A stretch of 64,000 nt of DNA from Eledone cirrhosa (taxonomy: Eukaryota). Each line of letters opens with the position of its first letter. Within the stretch, counting starts at the first letter, position 1. The notes under the pieces are model-generated. The model was not told the DNA's origin, did not search any database, and saw nothing but the letters and a program-made list of their open reading frames with translations. Shown here piece by piece: positions 1 to 17,650 of the stretch. Location: positions 239,506,001 to 239,570,000 of the forward strand of contig OZ024740.1 in the NCBI GenBank assembly GCA_964016885.1, read 5' to 3'. Both the position numbers and the translations under genes were made by a program.

Positions 1-181
1 TGACAGTCAAACATTGAAAAATATAAGCTTTTATAATGTCAGAATCATGATGAATAGGTATCCTAGCCTCCAAGTCAATACATTTTATCAATTGAATGGA
101 TTAAATTATTTTGTAAATATGCTCCATAGAAAATAGAAAATTAATTTGAGGTTTACGATGGCTAAAATCTCAACAATATAT

Positions 182-370
182 TAAGGTGGATTGGCAGTAT
201 TGGTAGAGGGTCGGACGCCATGCTTTCCAGCATAGTTACGTCCCTTTACGATTTGAGTTCAAATCCCGCCGAGGTTGACTTTGCTTTTCATCCTTACGGG
301 GTCGATAAAATAAAGTAGCAGTAATGCACTGAGTGATTGCTGGCCTTGTACCTAAAGTAGAAACAATATA
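182..370 (+). mobile_element. tRNA-derived SINE (octopus-type)
   Basis: Pol III-like head (TGGCAGTATTGG A-box, GAGTTCAAATCC B-box), then GAGGTTGACTTTGCTTTTCATCCTTACGGGGTCGATAAAATAAAGTA body; near-identical copies at 11423, 31077 and 10380 (-). Confidence 0.8.
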
Positions 371-842
371 TTAAGCGCTGGATACTACAGTCCTGATTGT
401 CACAACTGTTATAACAAATAATCTTCTTTAAAAAAAACTTAATGATCTAATTACAGTAAGCCAGTCTGCTAGAAGTAACAGCCAGATCTTACTAAAAAAA
501 AAAAAAATACCCTTAAAGGAAGACACGTTAGAAAATGTTGACTTCGGTTCCATGAATACAGGGACGACGATATTGTCATGAGTGGAATGATAGGACTGAT
601 CAGTCAAGGTAAAACAACAACAACAACAACAAACGTATTTTAAACTTAAGTATATTATCTATTAGGTGATAGCTAAACTTATCGTGTTTCATTACTATTG
701 CATTGCAGACATTCGGAAAAGGTTTTTCTGTGTGAGTATAACACATTAAGTAGTCGCTATTTCCCCTCTGCCCTCCGCGAGTATAGACTGCCCTGTAAAA
801 TATGTTACGGTTCCTACTCATTCTCGTCTATGTATGTATGTA

Positions 843-1715
843 TGTCGCATGATCGGCGACTAAACCGACAACCCCACCAAGTTTACTTGGTGAGGAGGGT
901 GATTTTGGACACCCTGCAGGACAAAAAACAAAACCCGACAAAGGGTGGAAGAACTCATAAGAGTCAACGGCCATCCAAAAGTGTGTAAATATGTATATAC
1001 ACATGTACCGCGCATTGTCAGCGCATTCTTCTAGGAGAAAGCAACTCATGAAACTGGGATAACTCCGACATAAAACCTGCGGCTCAGTAGTTACCGATGA
1101 TGTTGATCTTTTCTTCTTTTCGGGTTATAGCTACTGTCGCTCAGAGAGTGGGATTGGCTCAGTGCACAGTCTTTCCTCATTTTAAAAAATATCTTCACGC
1201 ACAGACATTGCACGATAGAATTAATTAATAATTATTAATAATGGTATATCGTGCAATGGCCATACTCGATAACGAGGGGGCAGCTATCATGTATGTATGG
1301 ACGCTTTTGAGTGCTACTTGTAACATGTAACTCAGTACAACCTATCTCATGATTGGGTTGTCGGCAACTAAACCGGCAACCCCACCAAGCTTGCTTTGTG
1401 ACAAGGGTGATATTTGGACACCCTGCGGGATGAAATACAAGACCAGGCGAAGGGCGGAGGAACTCAACAGAGTCAAAGGCCATCCAAAGAGTATATATTT
1501 TTTTCACCTGGGAGTGAAAGGCCCCCAGTTGTTGTCACAACACCTTTCTCAGAGAGGGAAACTCTGGAAAAAAACCTGCGGCTTCAGAAGCATCCGATGA
1601 TGTTGACCAGTTCTCCTTTTCGGGTAGTGTTTTCGATGCTCAGAGAGTGGGATTGGTCGAGTGCAAGGCCTTTCCCCACTTAAAAAACCTTGAAAGCACA
1701 GGCATTGCTTGCTCA
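843..1715 (+). mobile_element. Two degenerate copies of a non-coding RTE-associated repeat
   Basis: 848-1210 and 1348-1710 are similar to each other and to 14830-15020 and 15395-15525. The tail GGCCATACTCGATAACGAG..GCAGC(TATG)n at 1257 also ends the RTE fragment at 14545. Confidence 0.45.
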
Positions 1716-2069
1716 GGTTATGCTACAACTTCGTGCGGCTGGCCGTGGTCTAAAAGTGCACCATTTTCTGTAATCTGACAAGCGATTGCAATACTCTTAG
1801 CAGAGTTTACAACCATCATGTATGCATGTGTGCATATATGTATGTGTGTGTGTATGCATGTCTGTATGCATGCATGCAAGCACACACACATACATACATA
1901 CACACACACACATGATCCTTCATTAAAGTTCGGTCGCTTTCAATTAAAAAGAATATGTTTTGATAATATTTTATGTGACTATGATCGATTCGTTTAGATA
2001 AGTTTAAATGATCAGCGTATTTTCTTGGCTGAAATCAGAAGAGGATATTTAATTAAAACCATGAAAAGT

Positions 2070-2225
<156 letters not shown>

Positions 2226-2667
2226 ACAGGGGGGAGAATTCTATTCTTTTTTCTCAAAACTTTATTCCTTTTCTCAATGCTTTCCAAGGGAGACAACAAA
2301 TACAGTCTTTAAATAAAAAAAAAATAAGGGAAGCAATCACATTTCAACATCTATTTAATATAGTAAATTTTTATGTTTTAGATTGGTTACAGAATGTCAA
2401 ATCTGGTTAAAAGCTGTAATGCACCAGTCCAAAGTTCAAGGTCACTGATTCTATAAGAAAGCTTAATCTTAATCACGGAAATAGAAACATTCAGGATAAT
2501 TTACAGCTCATAAAATCCTATAAATAATTTTCTCTATTACATTGTCTCACATTACCTCATTAAATACCTGATACTATGACACACACAAGCACACGCATAC
2601 ACACGTACATAAACACACGTACGCACACACAAATATACGCGCACGCACGCACACACGCACGCACGCA

Positions 2668-2747
<80 letters not shown>

Positions 2748-3002
2748 GACAGTCAGTTTCTTTGTTCTTTTTTACACACACGTAGACATATTCAAATGCA
2801 TATGAACATATACATTCGTTCAATCAGTACTATTTCACTGTCTATAAGAGTCTTTCTCATCAATCACCCATACCAACACACACAAACACATATTCGTTCG
2901 AGCTATAAAAACCTTGAGATACTTTCTAAATTATTTGCGTCATCTGAATATATATATTTATTTGGACATTAAACGGCTTTAATTTGGCTCTCTTTATTTT
3001 AA

Positions 3003-3166
<164 letters not shown>

Positions 3167-3196
3167 AAAGAATAGAGGTGTAACACACAAGTTATT

Positions 3197-6405
<3,209 letters not shown>

Positions 6406-6774
6406 CGCGCGCGCGCGCGTGTGTGTGAGAGAGAGAGAATGAATAAATAAATAACCAACGTTCAATATATTATTTAATTAATTTAGACACGTTTCTTTCA
6501 AATATAATGACTGGAAATTTACAAAGTCTTTTGCCAATCTTTCGAATATTAATAATAATATTCGATTCGTTTGCAATTATGCAAGCAAGCCTCAATTTTA
6601 TAGCCATGTCAGTAGAATGAACACTTCATTCTTTCTCTTGTGTTGGCATGCGAACAGAACTGTAGATACTAATGTTTCTTGGTATCACCCTTCTTCAGTA
6701 CAACTCACTGTTCACCTGCCAATAAACATTTTCATTTAGTCCAGAATTAGCCGTCGAAACGGCTTGAGCTCAGC

Positions 6775-6880
6775 CGTCGGGGTCCTACTCGTTCCTATTA
6801 CCCACTCTACTACCCTAAGTATTGAGTACTTTGGTGCGTTATGGTCATCTGGTTCCTTACCACATTTCCTTCGTTATATA
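6775..6880 (+). repeat. Interspersed repeat terminus abutting (TA)n
   Basis: Reverse-complement copies at 59855-59970 and 62220-62287, each ending in (TA)n. Confidence 0.7.
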
Positions 6881-6981
6881 TATATATATATATATATAGT
6901 AATAATAATAAATATGAATACTAAAATCCGAAGGGTGAAAGCAGTGATTCTTTGCTTAAACTTTAATCTTTTATTTTATTA

Positions 6982-7028
<47 letters not shown>

Positions 7029-7155
7029 ACAGGGAGAAAGAGACGATTATTATGAAGAAAAATATTTTCTTTTCCTTTTTATTTATTTCCCTCTTTTGTT
7101 ATATATATAATTGTTTCGCCGGCAGATAGCTCGAGACACGATCAATGTATGGATC

Positions 7156-7241
7156 TGTCTGAAGAACCTGCAGATCTAGAATCAGAAAGATCCATACAAT
7201 GATCGTGTCTCGAGCTATCTGCCGGCGAAACAATTGTAACA
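7156..7241 (+). ncRNA. Minimal type I hammerhead ribozyme with extended stem II
   Basis: TGT-CTGAAGA-aCCtGCAGAT...ATCTGCcGGc-GAAAC-AATT-GTA-ACA: core, stems I and II, palindromic loop III. Confidence 0.75.
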
Positions 7242-7895
7242 CACAATAAACTGAGTCCAGATGCATCACTGATTTTTCGTTTTATATTATATCACACTCT
7301 GCTCTGTAAGAACATAGAGTGCTCAACTGGCATACCGCCTATGGAAGCATCATAACTACCATTAAACACACATATATATCAGTATTAAGCCATTGGTAAC
7401 ATCAACAACAACAACAACACCAGTGATGACCCCACCACGGCGGGGGCGGCAACAGGCAAAAAGCCACGCTTCCATGAAAAATAAACTAACCACAATAGTA
7501 GTCTGTTGAAACAAAGAAGTGAAAATGGGATAGAAACATAGATGGGTATTAAAAAATACGTTTCCAGTTCATACAATCCTCCTCTATCATTGTAAGGCAC
7601 AAGGCCAGCAATGATCATAGCATTCAGTCCCAACTACAGTGGCAACAATACTATCAAAAGGGCTGTTAGGCCATGGAAGAGAGTTACGGGAAGCGAAAGT
7701 AGGGACAGGAACAAATAGAAGAAACGAGAACACACATAGAGAACACAATAATAAAGGATCGGGACAAAAATACATAAAAAACAACAGTAGGTATATAAAC
7801 AGAGGAATAGGGAACAAAGGACAAGAAACATGTACACATAAAAACTCCAGGTGGTCCTCCACGGACGAGTTTGCAAAAGTCTTCAACTAACACAA

Positions 7896-8960
7896 CTACG
7901 TTGTCAGTCTGTATAGTTTGAGGAAGGTTCCAGAAGATCTGTGGAGGCAGGTGCTGAAGAGGTTACTCCTTTTATTGATAACTTGAGCTCCCCTCTCGAT
8001 TATTTCCATAATCTCGGTGGCACACAAATCGCACGAGTCTTGTCCACCCTCTCTGTAGGGTTGGGCCGAGGCTACCTTGGACCATGACAAGGTGAATTCT
8101 ACGTTATCATGTTTGAGACGTCACACTAGCTCCGAGAGGGCGGTGCTGTGTTTCTTATCATCCCTCCTAAAGGTGTGGCAGTGATTCCTTAAACTTATTA
8201 GCTGTGGCTCCGATATAGGTGAAGGTATGGTTGTTGGTATTCACTCTACATTCATATACCAAGCCACTGCCGAGGCACCTACCCTCCAGGGGGAAGTTAC
8301 CGGAGTTTCTACAATTACAGTCCGGAGGGGTGTTGCCGCCCGGGTCTCTGGATCGCGTGCATGATTCCCCGGTCTTTCACGGTTCAAGATGTTATCAACA
8401 GAGGAAGTGGTATTTGCGTGGTGCGTCTCCTCACGGCTGCTGTTTCCCCTGTAGTTGTGGACGTTTTTTTAATCTACTGCGGTTCAAGGCTTCTATGTTT
8501 TGTGCTAGGTTTCTGGTTGTGGAGTAGGACAACTTAATTGTGTGCCTGTTGAAGATGGCGTGGTACTGGTGTTGTTTATGGAAGTGCTTATCCAAAACCC
8601 TGAAGAAAAAGGCCGCTATGTTGTTGCGTAAACCGGCGCAGAAGAGGTGGGGGGTAAACCAAATAACATTACGGGAACGGGTTCACTTCTTGTTGTAGTC
8701 ACCAATCCCTGCACCCGTTCCGCCAGAGTATGTGTTACGTATTTTCTGTGGACGTTTGGAAGAGTCATGCTCCCCAATTCGTCGCTGCCCGTTGGGTTGG
8801 TTACACCGATCGGAGCACCCCGAGCTGAGTGGTCTCCGTGCATACGCACGCGCACACGTATAGCTCTATATACAAAACGTTTTTTTTTCCATTGCAGGTA
8901 GACGCGCTCCATCATCCACTTTTCTAAAAAGTATATCATACACAAAACGCCACCATCAAC
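7896..8960 (-). pseudogene. Degenerate C-terminal part of a second-lineage PLE ORF (Neptune/Nematis-like)
   Basis: Minus-strand translations RNVIWFTP.., FFRVLDKHF..HAIFNRHTIKLSYS and CDLCATE...INKRSNLFSTCLH match the typical PLE thumb/linker/endonuclease tail; frameshifted. Confidence 0.75.
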
Positions 8961-9066
8961 AGTTTTCCAAGAGATGGCAACATGAATGGACCTGTTATTT
9001 TCCCCTAAAATATTTTTTTAGATTCCACCCCGCCCGTCCCTTCAATCTTTATAATTTCTCATTCTT

Positions 9067-9102
9067 TCTTCTGATGAAGGACTAGCTTCCGAAACGTTAA
9101 GA
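9067..9102 (+). ncRNA. Minimal type I hammerhead ribozyme (PLE-type)
   Basis: TCTT-CTGATGA-aGGA ctagct TCC-GAAACGTT-AAGA; ACGT palindrome in place of stem III. Confidence 0.8.
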
Positions 9103-9325
9103 CCCTCTTCCTGCTATTTCAAGCATTAACCTAATATATTTCTTCTATATACTGTACCGATCGCGTTTCTATTTCTGTTTACCTTTTACATACATACACG
9201 CACACGCACACACACACATATATATATATAGAGAGAGAGAGAGAGGGAGAAAGAGAGAGAGAGAAAGAGAGAAAGAGAGAGAGCGAAAGAGAAAGAGAGA
9301 AATAGAGAAAGAGAGAGAGAGCGAA

Positions 9326-9432
<107 letters not shown>

Positions 9433-10379
9433 AGGTGTTAAATACTATTGTTAGGAGAGAATCAACTGAAAACGAAATACACAAGGGATTAAAACATCCA
9501 GTGAAGGAACAAGGGATGTGTGTGTCAGAGAGAGATAGAGAGGGTGGGGTGGGGGGTGGGGGGGTGGGGGGGGGGGGGGGAGAGTGAGAAAAAGAAAGAG
9601 GGAATGTAGATTTAGAGCAATAATGAAATCAAGACCTTCAGAAAAGATGAAATAGAATCTTCACATAAAAGCTGGTATATTATATAAAGAATACACATCT
9701 TCCGTATTCATGAAAGCATGATATAGCGAATAATATAATTCTGAGTTATATATTGCTCCTCGGGTCAAATACGAAGATTTACCTGCCTCAGAAGTGAAAA
9801 TGTATATCATGCTATATGGCTATAAGTATTTTATCTGGAAGTTTCGGTTAAAGATAAATAGAAGTGAAAGTTAATTTGCGCGCATAAACGCATAATTTAA
9901 TTCACGTTGCCAGAACTAGCACTATAATGCAAAATAGACAGATTAATTTAGTTCTGAAAAAGCCTGAATATACTACGTTTAGTTATAATCTAATATTCTT
10001 CCCGGTACGAATTGCGGAACTCTGCTGAGGTTTTAATATAGATTGAAATGAGTCAGTTCTCTGAAGAAATTATGTTCTTATGTTCTCTGAGATTATGTTC
10101 TCTGAGATTATGTTCTCTGGAAATCTAGAAAAAGAACCCTGGGTTTAACGAGGCTGTTTAGATATTTAGATATTGATATAAATATGTAAGCATTTTGTTC
10201 AATGGGAAAAAGGTTTTCTTTGAAATAATACTCATTGATCGCTTACACATTTGTAAGGAAGAAGTGCACTCAATTTAATTTACCACAGTATTATAATGGT
10301 ATGTGCTGTACCAATTTACCAAGACAGGAGATAGGAAAAACAATTTCACCTTCGGAATTGACTGAAAGAGACGTAACTA

Positions 10380-10562
10380 AATAATTGTTTCTACTTTTGG
10401 CACAAGGCCACCAATTACCACAGTGTATTACTGGTACTTTATTTATCGACCCCGAAAAGATGAAAAGCAAAGTTAACCTCGGCAGGATTTGAACTTAGAC
10501 CCTAAAAGGCCGTAACTCTATGCTGATAAGTATGGCGTCCGTCCTTCTACCGATATTGCCTG
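10380..10562 (-). mobile_element. tRNA-derived SINE
   Basis: Reverse complement of the 182-370 family (TTTATCGACCCC..GATGAAAAGCAAAGTTAACCTCGGCAGGATTTGAAC). Confidence 0.75.
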
Positions 10563-11173
10563 GCAATCAACCATTTCTAAAACATTGTAATCTTCGTATT
10601 TTTGATTTTGTAGTTTCATCACAGGTCAGATTTGACTGAGTAAAACTATAATAGGCCTACCAGCCATAATCACGCGGTCTTCGCTCGGCTATTCCGTATT
10701 TAGGGCAACATTATCAAATGTGTAACTCTGTTTCATAAGATATTAGAGTGCGATTTGAAGGAAATTTGGTTGCTATTTTTAGCATATTGAACGACCATAT
10801 TGAGACTCCCGCTTTGTCTCCGAACATTTTATATTTTAATGTGAAACTTTCGAAATTGCTATTCTTACTTAGATAATACTTTTCAAGATAATTTCAAGAT
10901 TCTGTCACTCATTTTAATATGTATGTCCTTGGTGAATTTCTATGGAAGTGAAGTTCCATTTGTGTGCTAAGTCCCTCACAAGACACTACGCTTTTGAAAT
11001 ATTTACGAAGACATTTTCGCTACATTGCTCCTGCTAGACTCCAGATAAAGCAATCAATAGACATTCATCTTAAACCTGAACAAACAAGACAGCTTATTTC
11101 TTTCTAGAATCCCACGCATATAAATAGTCTAAGATACATTTATTGGATTTAAACGAGTAGTAATAGTAGTAGC

Positions 11174-11238
<65 letters not shown>

Positions 11239-11284
11239 CATCAGCAGCAGCAGCAGTAGTAGTAGTAGCAGCAGCAGGAGCAGC

Positions 11285-11327
<43 letters not shown>

Positions 11328-11422
11328 TATTTTCTATTTTATAGGGAGCTGAAACAACAACCTAATATTAATAACCAATTGTAGCTGTTTCTGTTTTATA
11401 GTTGTATTGCAATATGAGTATA

Positions 11423-11615
11423 AAGGGCGGTGGATTGGCAGTATTGGGAGAGGGTCGGACGCCATGCTTTGACGTATAGAGTTACGGCCCTTGCCATTCT
11501 GAGTTCAAATCCCGACGAGGTTAACTTTGCCTTTCATCCTTACGGGGTCGATAAAATAAAGTACCAGTAATGCACTGGGTAATTGCTGGCCTTGTGCCTA
11601 ACGTAGAAACAATAT
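11423..11615 (+). mobile_element. tRNA-derived SINE
   Basis: Same family as 182-370, flanked by direct repeat CAATATGAGTAT (11410 and 11610), a probable TSD. Confidence 0.82.
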
Positions 11616-12199
11616 GAGTATGATAAAGAACGTCGCATCTCACTTCCTCAGGCCTTGTAATTAATTCAGAAAATTAAAGATTGTGGATTAACAGCGTTGT
11701 TAGAGAGCGTTGGACAAAATGGCTTGTGGCATTTGTTCCTAATCCTGCTCTTGTGTTTGGGTTCAAAACTTTGTCTTTTACCGTCCAGTGGTTCATAAAA
11801 CAACAAACCAGTGAAATATTTGGAAGGATATAACTGGTTCCTCCTCTGCCTATGGCTATGCAGGTCATGACCTTTGCTTGAAATGTTTATTACCATAATT
11901 ACTGATATCACCACTGTCACAAGAGACAGGACCAACACTATTACCATGCAAGTGGAATAACACGTGGTGACATTTATGGCGCAATATAAATAGAGCACCA
12001 ACACTACATAGAATGACATGTGGTAGGGGGAATCCTGCATGGACAAGCAAATCCTGATGTCTCCCGAACACCACAAAGCAATCCTGGAATTATACTTCAT
12101 TATGTGAGAGAAAAAAGACGACAAAACCGATGATGCAGGGCAGAAAGCCCAGCTACTAAACGTTTGGCAGTTTGAGCCATTTAAAGATTTTTGGATCAG

Positions 12200-12560
12200 T
12201 GGAGCTAGGAAGGTAGAGAAATAAAGAACGAAGACAAAAGAAGATGCAACAATAAGAAATGGAGGTTGGTGTTTCGTAGGCATAAATAATTGTATCAATA
12301 GTTGCATCACTGGAGTGCGAAAGAAATCGCCTAGTCACATATATCGGAAGCCGACGATCCGGGGTTATCTGCCTTATTTACAACCAGTAGTATCACCACA
12401 TCATTTTGTGACGATGGGGAGGAAATGAAGATTGGGCAGTAGAAAAAAATAAAACGAAAGCTATCTTCTCAAATGAATCCAAATCGAAAGTGCAGAACAC
12501 ATGCAATGAAGAGCCCTTCTATCCCAGTGCCCTATGAAGTCTACTGAATAGCCAACAGGG
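12200..12560 (+). pseudogene. Possible highly decayed Tc1/mariner transposase remnant
   Basis: Translation ..KAIFSNESK..EEPFYPSAL resembles Tc1 VIFSDESKF..E.Y.P.C; no TIRs identified. Confidence 0.3.
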
Positions 12561-13951
12561 GACTGATAGACGTTAGGAACGATACACAAAAAACGAACAG
12601 AAAACTAAAGTACAGGTTGAGGAAGAGATGATATTAAACTATTAGTAGCATGCAAGTATTACACTGCTAATAAAAATGACTTTCATAGTTTATGAATAGT
12701 TATGCCTCAGCGTTTAGGGGGACATGGCAGTTCTCTCACAGATAAGCACATTTTTCGTTTAGGTAAATACGCACACACACACACATACACGCACACACAC
12801 ACAGAGGCACACACATTTAGGTAAATACGCACACACACACACATACACGCACACACACACAGAGGCACACACATTTAGGCAAATATGCACACACACACAC
12901 ATACGCACACACATATGCACGCGCGTGCGTACACTCACATACACACAATTATAATGGGCTCCCTCATATAGCCATGTTCAACCCGTATAGTGGCCTGACG
13001 TGACTTGCCTAAGAAACTGAAAGGTAGGAATGAGATGAATTATTAGATCTTTATAATTAACTAATGGCAAAAATCTGCTTAGAAATGGCACCTATTTCAA
13101 TGAAAGAAGAGAAAAAGCGATGGAAACAATTGGTGTCAGCGGTAAATCGACCGAGACGTTTATCAACCCTAACGGGATAGATATAACTCATGCTACGAGT
13201 AAAGTGGTCAACGTATCATGATCATAACAACGGGTTGGTTTTTCACAAATGACTGTTGTAATGTTTTGTGTGTCAGTGCACCTCTGAATAGAATGGAAGA
13301 ATCTAGCCACATTTCAAGTTATAAAAAAATTATTGTAAAAACATTTCCTGACCATTTCAAGACCATTCATTCATCGCTTTCTGACTTCTTTATTTTGAGC
13401 TCAGCCGACCTAAAATAGCTCTATTAATAGTGGACAATCATCGCTACCAATAAATAGTCAATATTCAACATAAAGATTAGTTAGAAACGGTAATTTAGAA
13501 AGGAAAAAAAATGAAATGTCTAACCAACGTACTTACAATGAGGTTGTATGACTATATATATATCTTCTCCCCCTACAGATTGGCCAAACTTGATTGCAAA
13601 GAGGTCGATAGATGAATAAGGTCAGTATCATCTGAATAAAATATCTATTGAACTGGACCTTTTATTAACAAACCATTTCATCTGTAAGCTACTATTTATC
13701 CTTCCAGCCAAACTAGTCGGCATTTTTAGAATGCAGATAGAGTTGTATTAGGCTTTGATCAATAAAGTTGTGTGCTAATACCGTTCAACATACTTTGTTC
13801 CTAATTTGAGAGTATTTTAGAGTGCATTACATAAATACTTTCACACATACAATTAGATGAAAATCTATCAATCATTATTGACGATTTCTAACAACCTATT
13901 TAGATCAAATATAATATTCTGTGCTATTAACTTTGTCTTTGGAATACATGC

Positions 13952-13982
<31 letters not shown>

Positions 13983-14029
13983 TGTATGTATGTATGTATG
14001 TATGTATGTATGTATGTATGTATGTGTGT

Positions 14030-14600
14030 ATGTATAGGAAAGCGCAGCTGCTGATCGTAGTAGATGGAGAAAGAGAAAGATTGTACACGAGGAGAAAGTT
14101 GCTTTTGAAGCATCTCGAATCGCATACGAGAAAGTAAAAAGGGATTTCAGGAAAGGCATTGCTGCTACATTTCCAGACAGCAAAGTTCCATCTATCGAGC
14201 TGACATGCAGCGTCTGTCCAAGGCTCTGCCTCAGCAAAGCTGAACTCAATGGTCATCTTCGCAGTCTTAAAGTAATACTAGTGAAGGACTACCAGGCTGC
14301 CGTCGGAGATGCTACTCATCTTACCTGTCAAACGTGTGGAAAAGAGTGTAGTCCAGCAAGAGGGCTCAAAAGACATGCAAAAGTACATGACGACCAACCA
14401 CAGCCGGCTATTGCCTGTGAATGTTTTTATCACGGTTGCCAACTCTGTGCAAGACATTTTAGATCATTCGCTGGGCTAAAAAGTCACATTCGATCGCAGC
14501 ACCGTTAATTTTTATTTATTTATTTACCTTTTTTTATTGTGTAATGGCCATACTTGATAACGAGTGGGCAGCCATAATGTATGTATGTATTTATGTATGT
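14030..14600 (+). mobile_element. 3' end of an RTE-type LINE with C2H2 zinc-finger-like tail
   Basis: AAADRSRWR-like motif, then CSVC..C, CQTCGKEC...GLKRHAKVH, CQLCARHF...GLKSHIRSQH; short 3' UTR hairpin and (TATG)n tail. Confidence 0.65.
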
Positions 14601-15859
14601 ATGCATGCATCTATGTAAGTCAGACGTCAGTCTGTTGGCTGTATGTACGATAACTGGATGTTTGCATATCTGATGTGTGTATGTCTGATGTTGTCTGTCT
14701 CACTTTCCATCTGGTTTCCATCTGTCTGTTTGCATGTATGTATGTATGTATGTATGTATGTATGTATGTATGTATGTATGTATGTATGTATGTATGTATG
14801 TATGCATGTATGTATGTATCCGGGAGAGATGATCCCTTAGCCTTTGTCAAGGCAGAATTCTAGGAGAAGGAAAACTCTGATATAACACCTGCAACTCTGA
14901 TGGTATCCAATGATGTTGACTTGTTCTTCTTTTTGGTAAATATCATCTTGGTTAAGAGAGTGGGACTGGCTTTGTGCAGTGCCTTTGCTCACTATAAAAG
15001 CTTCACGGCACAGGCATTGCTTTATATCTGGAGATCTCTCTGCACTTGTCGTCACATGGTATCATGGGCCCAGCACTATGTGTCAATAATTGTCACAGGT
15101 GTAATGTTTGTACCAGAGTTTTCAAGTCGCTGGCTGGACTAAAAAGTCACACTCGTTCAGCGCATCGGTAGGGGTTCTCCTACATGGATATAAAGTAGTG
15201 GCCGTACTCGAAAACGAGTTGGCAGCCACTATGTATGTATGTATGTATGTATGTATGTATGTATGTATGTATGTATGTATGTATGTATGTATGTATGTAT
15301 ATATGTATGTATGTATGTATGTATGCATGTTTATGCCAGGTCGTTGCTGAGCGCTACCGTTAACATGCAACCCAGTACCTGTTACTGGTCGTGTCATCGA
15401 CGACTAAACCAGCAACTCCGTCAAGGTTGATTCATGGGGAGGATAGTTTGGCACGCCCTTTGAAAAAGAAACAACCTGTCAAAGGGCAGATGAAATCAGG
15501 AGAGTAAACGGCCATCCAAAAGTATGTACATTTGTATGTGTATATATCTTTGTATATATATATATATATACAAACATTGTTATGTGTATATATTTATATG
15601 TGTAGGTTTTTATATGTGCATATGTTTTTTATATTCTTATTTTCTATTTAGACCTGACAAGGTGGAAACACAGTTGCAAATCTGCACATAGGCAGCAGAG
15701 GTCTTATAACATCGATGATGTGACGGTGGAGGTTCCTGTGTCTGAGCAGCCCTATTAGGGAGAGCACTGCTCACCCAAATACCTGCGAACGTGCTATGAA
15801 AGGTGCACTGATCACTGCCTCTCACATCAATGGTGAGTAGTTTACTGCGTTTCATTCAA

Positions 15860-17650
15860 GCAGGAAAAGAAATAATGAAAGACATGATAAGACATTTATA
15901 AAAAAAAATCGAGTGAAACTCAACATCTTCTGCTGTTATATTACAACCCTTTTTGACCAAAGACCACCAAACTGGCCAGAAAGAAGAACTGCATTGGAAA
16001 CAAAAGAACTTCAAAGAATGAATATATACATTGCAACCTTAACAGCAATACAACTCTCAGGGTGTGATCAGCTGACTGAAGAATTATCAGGTTTCACACA
16101 TTTCTGGAGAACAGTGAGGCAGTGATGTAGGTTTTGCAGTGCGAGATACTCTAGCGCAACATTTAGAATCCCAGTGACCGGATAAAGAAGTTGCGCATTC
16201 CACTTGCATGAGATGTATGTGCAACAATTTTGTCAGTTTATGCTCCAACTCTCTAGGCCAGTGAAGAATATATTATGACGTTCTATCAATCCCTTCTTAT
16301 TGCAATTACATCTACTCCAGTTGATGGAAAAGGGATAATTCTTGGTGATTTCAAAGCCCGAGTTGGCAGAGACCACGAAACAATCTGATGCACTTGGTCA
16401 TTACGGCATTGGTAAGACGAATGCCAATGGTCTGAAGCTACTTAAGCTCTATTCAGAACTCAACTTAGCCATTTGCAACACATTCTTCCGCTAACCCCCC
16501 CCCCCCCCCCCCCAAAAAAAAAGTTACCTGGATACACTCAAGGTCAAAAGATGGCCAGATGATAGATTTCAAGTAACCCGGAGATGTGACTTGATGGATC
16601 TCTGTAATGTGCGTGTCATGCGTAGTGCAGAATGCAATACAGACCATAAGATGGTACGGGGAAAGTTTAAGTTGCGTGTTCGAAAAAAGACTCATATGTG
16701 TGGGATCAAAAGACTGAAGCGTATTGATATTGGAAAGATAAAACAACCAGATGTACGTGAGGCTTTAAATAAACGAGTTCATTGTCTTGACTTCGATGGA
16801 ACATGAGAAAACTTCAGGCATCAAATGTATGCAACAGGAGCAGAAGAACTTGGATTTAGAGTGAAACAGAAACATAAAGACTGTTTTGATGATAATGACC
16901 AAGCTAACAGCCAGCTACTGAAAAGAAAACATGTCAAAGTGCCATGCAAACCAACCTGTTATTGAGAAGACATATAAAACATGTAAAGCTATCTTACAGC
17001 GTGAACTGAGAATGCTTAAGAATGATTGGTGGTTGAGGATCTCTTCTGACATTCAAAGCGCTTATAATGCAAAGGATTCAAAACTGCTCTATGGTCTTTT
17101 ACGAGAAGTATATGGCTCCAAATCTTCGGCTATTGTTCCTATGAGGTCCAAGTACAAACAGAGGAAATGTATTGAGCAGCGGGTCACTCTATCAGGTTTT
17201 TGTTGATCTGACAAAGGCCTTTGATACGGTGAAGAGAGGTGCGCAGTGGAAAATACTAGGGAAAGTAGGATGCCCTCCAAAGTTTATTGATAAGTTTGTC
17301 GAGCGGCACAGATATATGAAGGCTCTGGTTGTCTTTAATGAAGAATTGTCCAATGAAATCCCAGTTGACAATGGCATGAGTCAAGGAGATATCCAAGCTA
17401 CCACACTATATTCTCAATATTCTTTGCTTAGATGCTGAATCATCGATTCTAAGGCTGTACTAAGGCTATTCTATTTGCACGTTAAACCTACAGGAGGAAT
17501 CTTTGACATAAGGAGAATTAATTTCATGCCCAAGATGCTCCTGTATGAAGAGGATGTTGAGTTTCTGGCTCACTCTCAAGATGACATGCAACACATCGTG
17601 GATTGTTTTACAGCTTCTTGTAATGCCTTTGATATGAAAATTAAACTTTA
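15860..17650 (+). pseudogene. Decayed RTE (BovB-like) LINE, AP endonuclease + RT fragments
   Basis: RPERRTAL..KELQRMNI, ILGDF.ARVG.D, VRVMRSAECNTDHKMVR, VFVDLTKAFDTV..WKILGKVGCP, NGMSQGD; many stops and internal deletions. Confidence 0.85.

Noticed and set aside
182-300. tRNA gene
   Set aside because: A/B boxes are present but there is no cloverleaf; the sequence continues into a multi-copy SINE body.
11666-12310. 214-aa hydrophobic minus-strand ORF
   Set aside because: No recognisable domain; overlaps SINE-like and decayed transposon sequence, probably a chance ORF.
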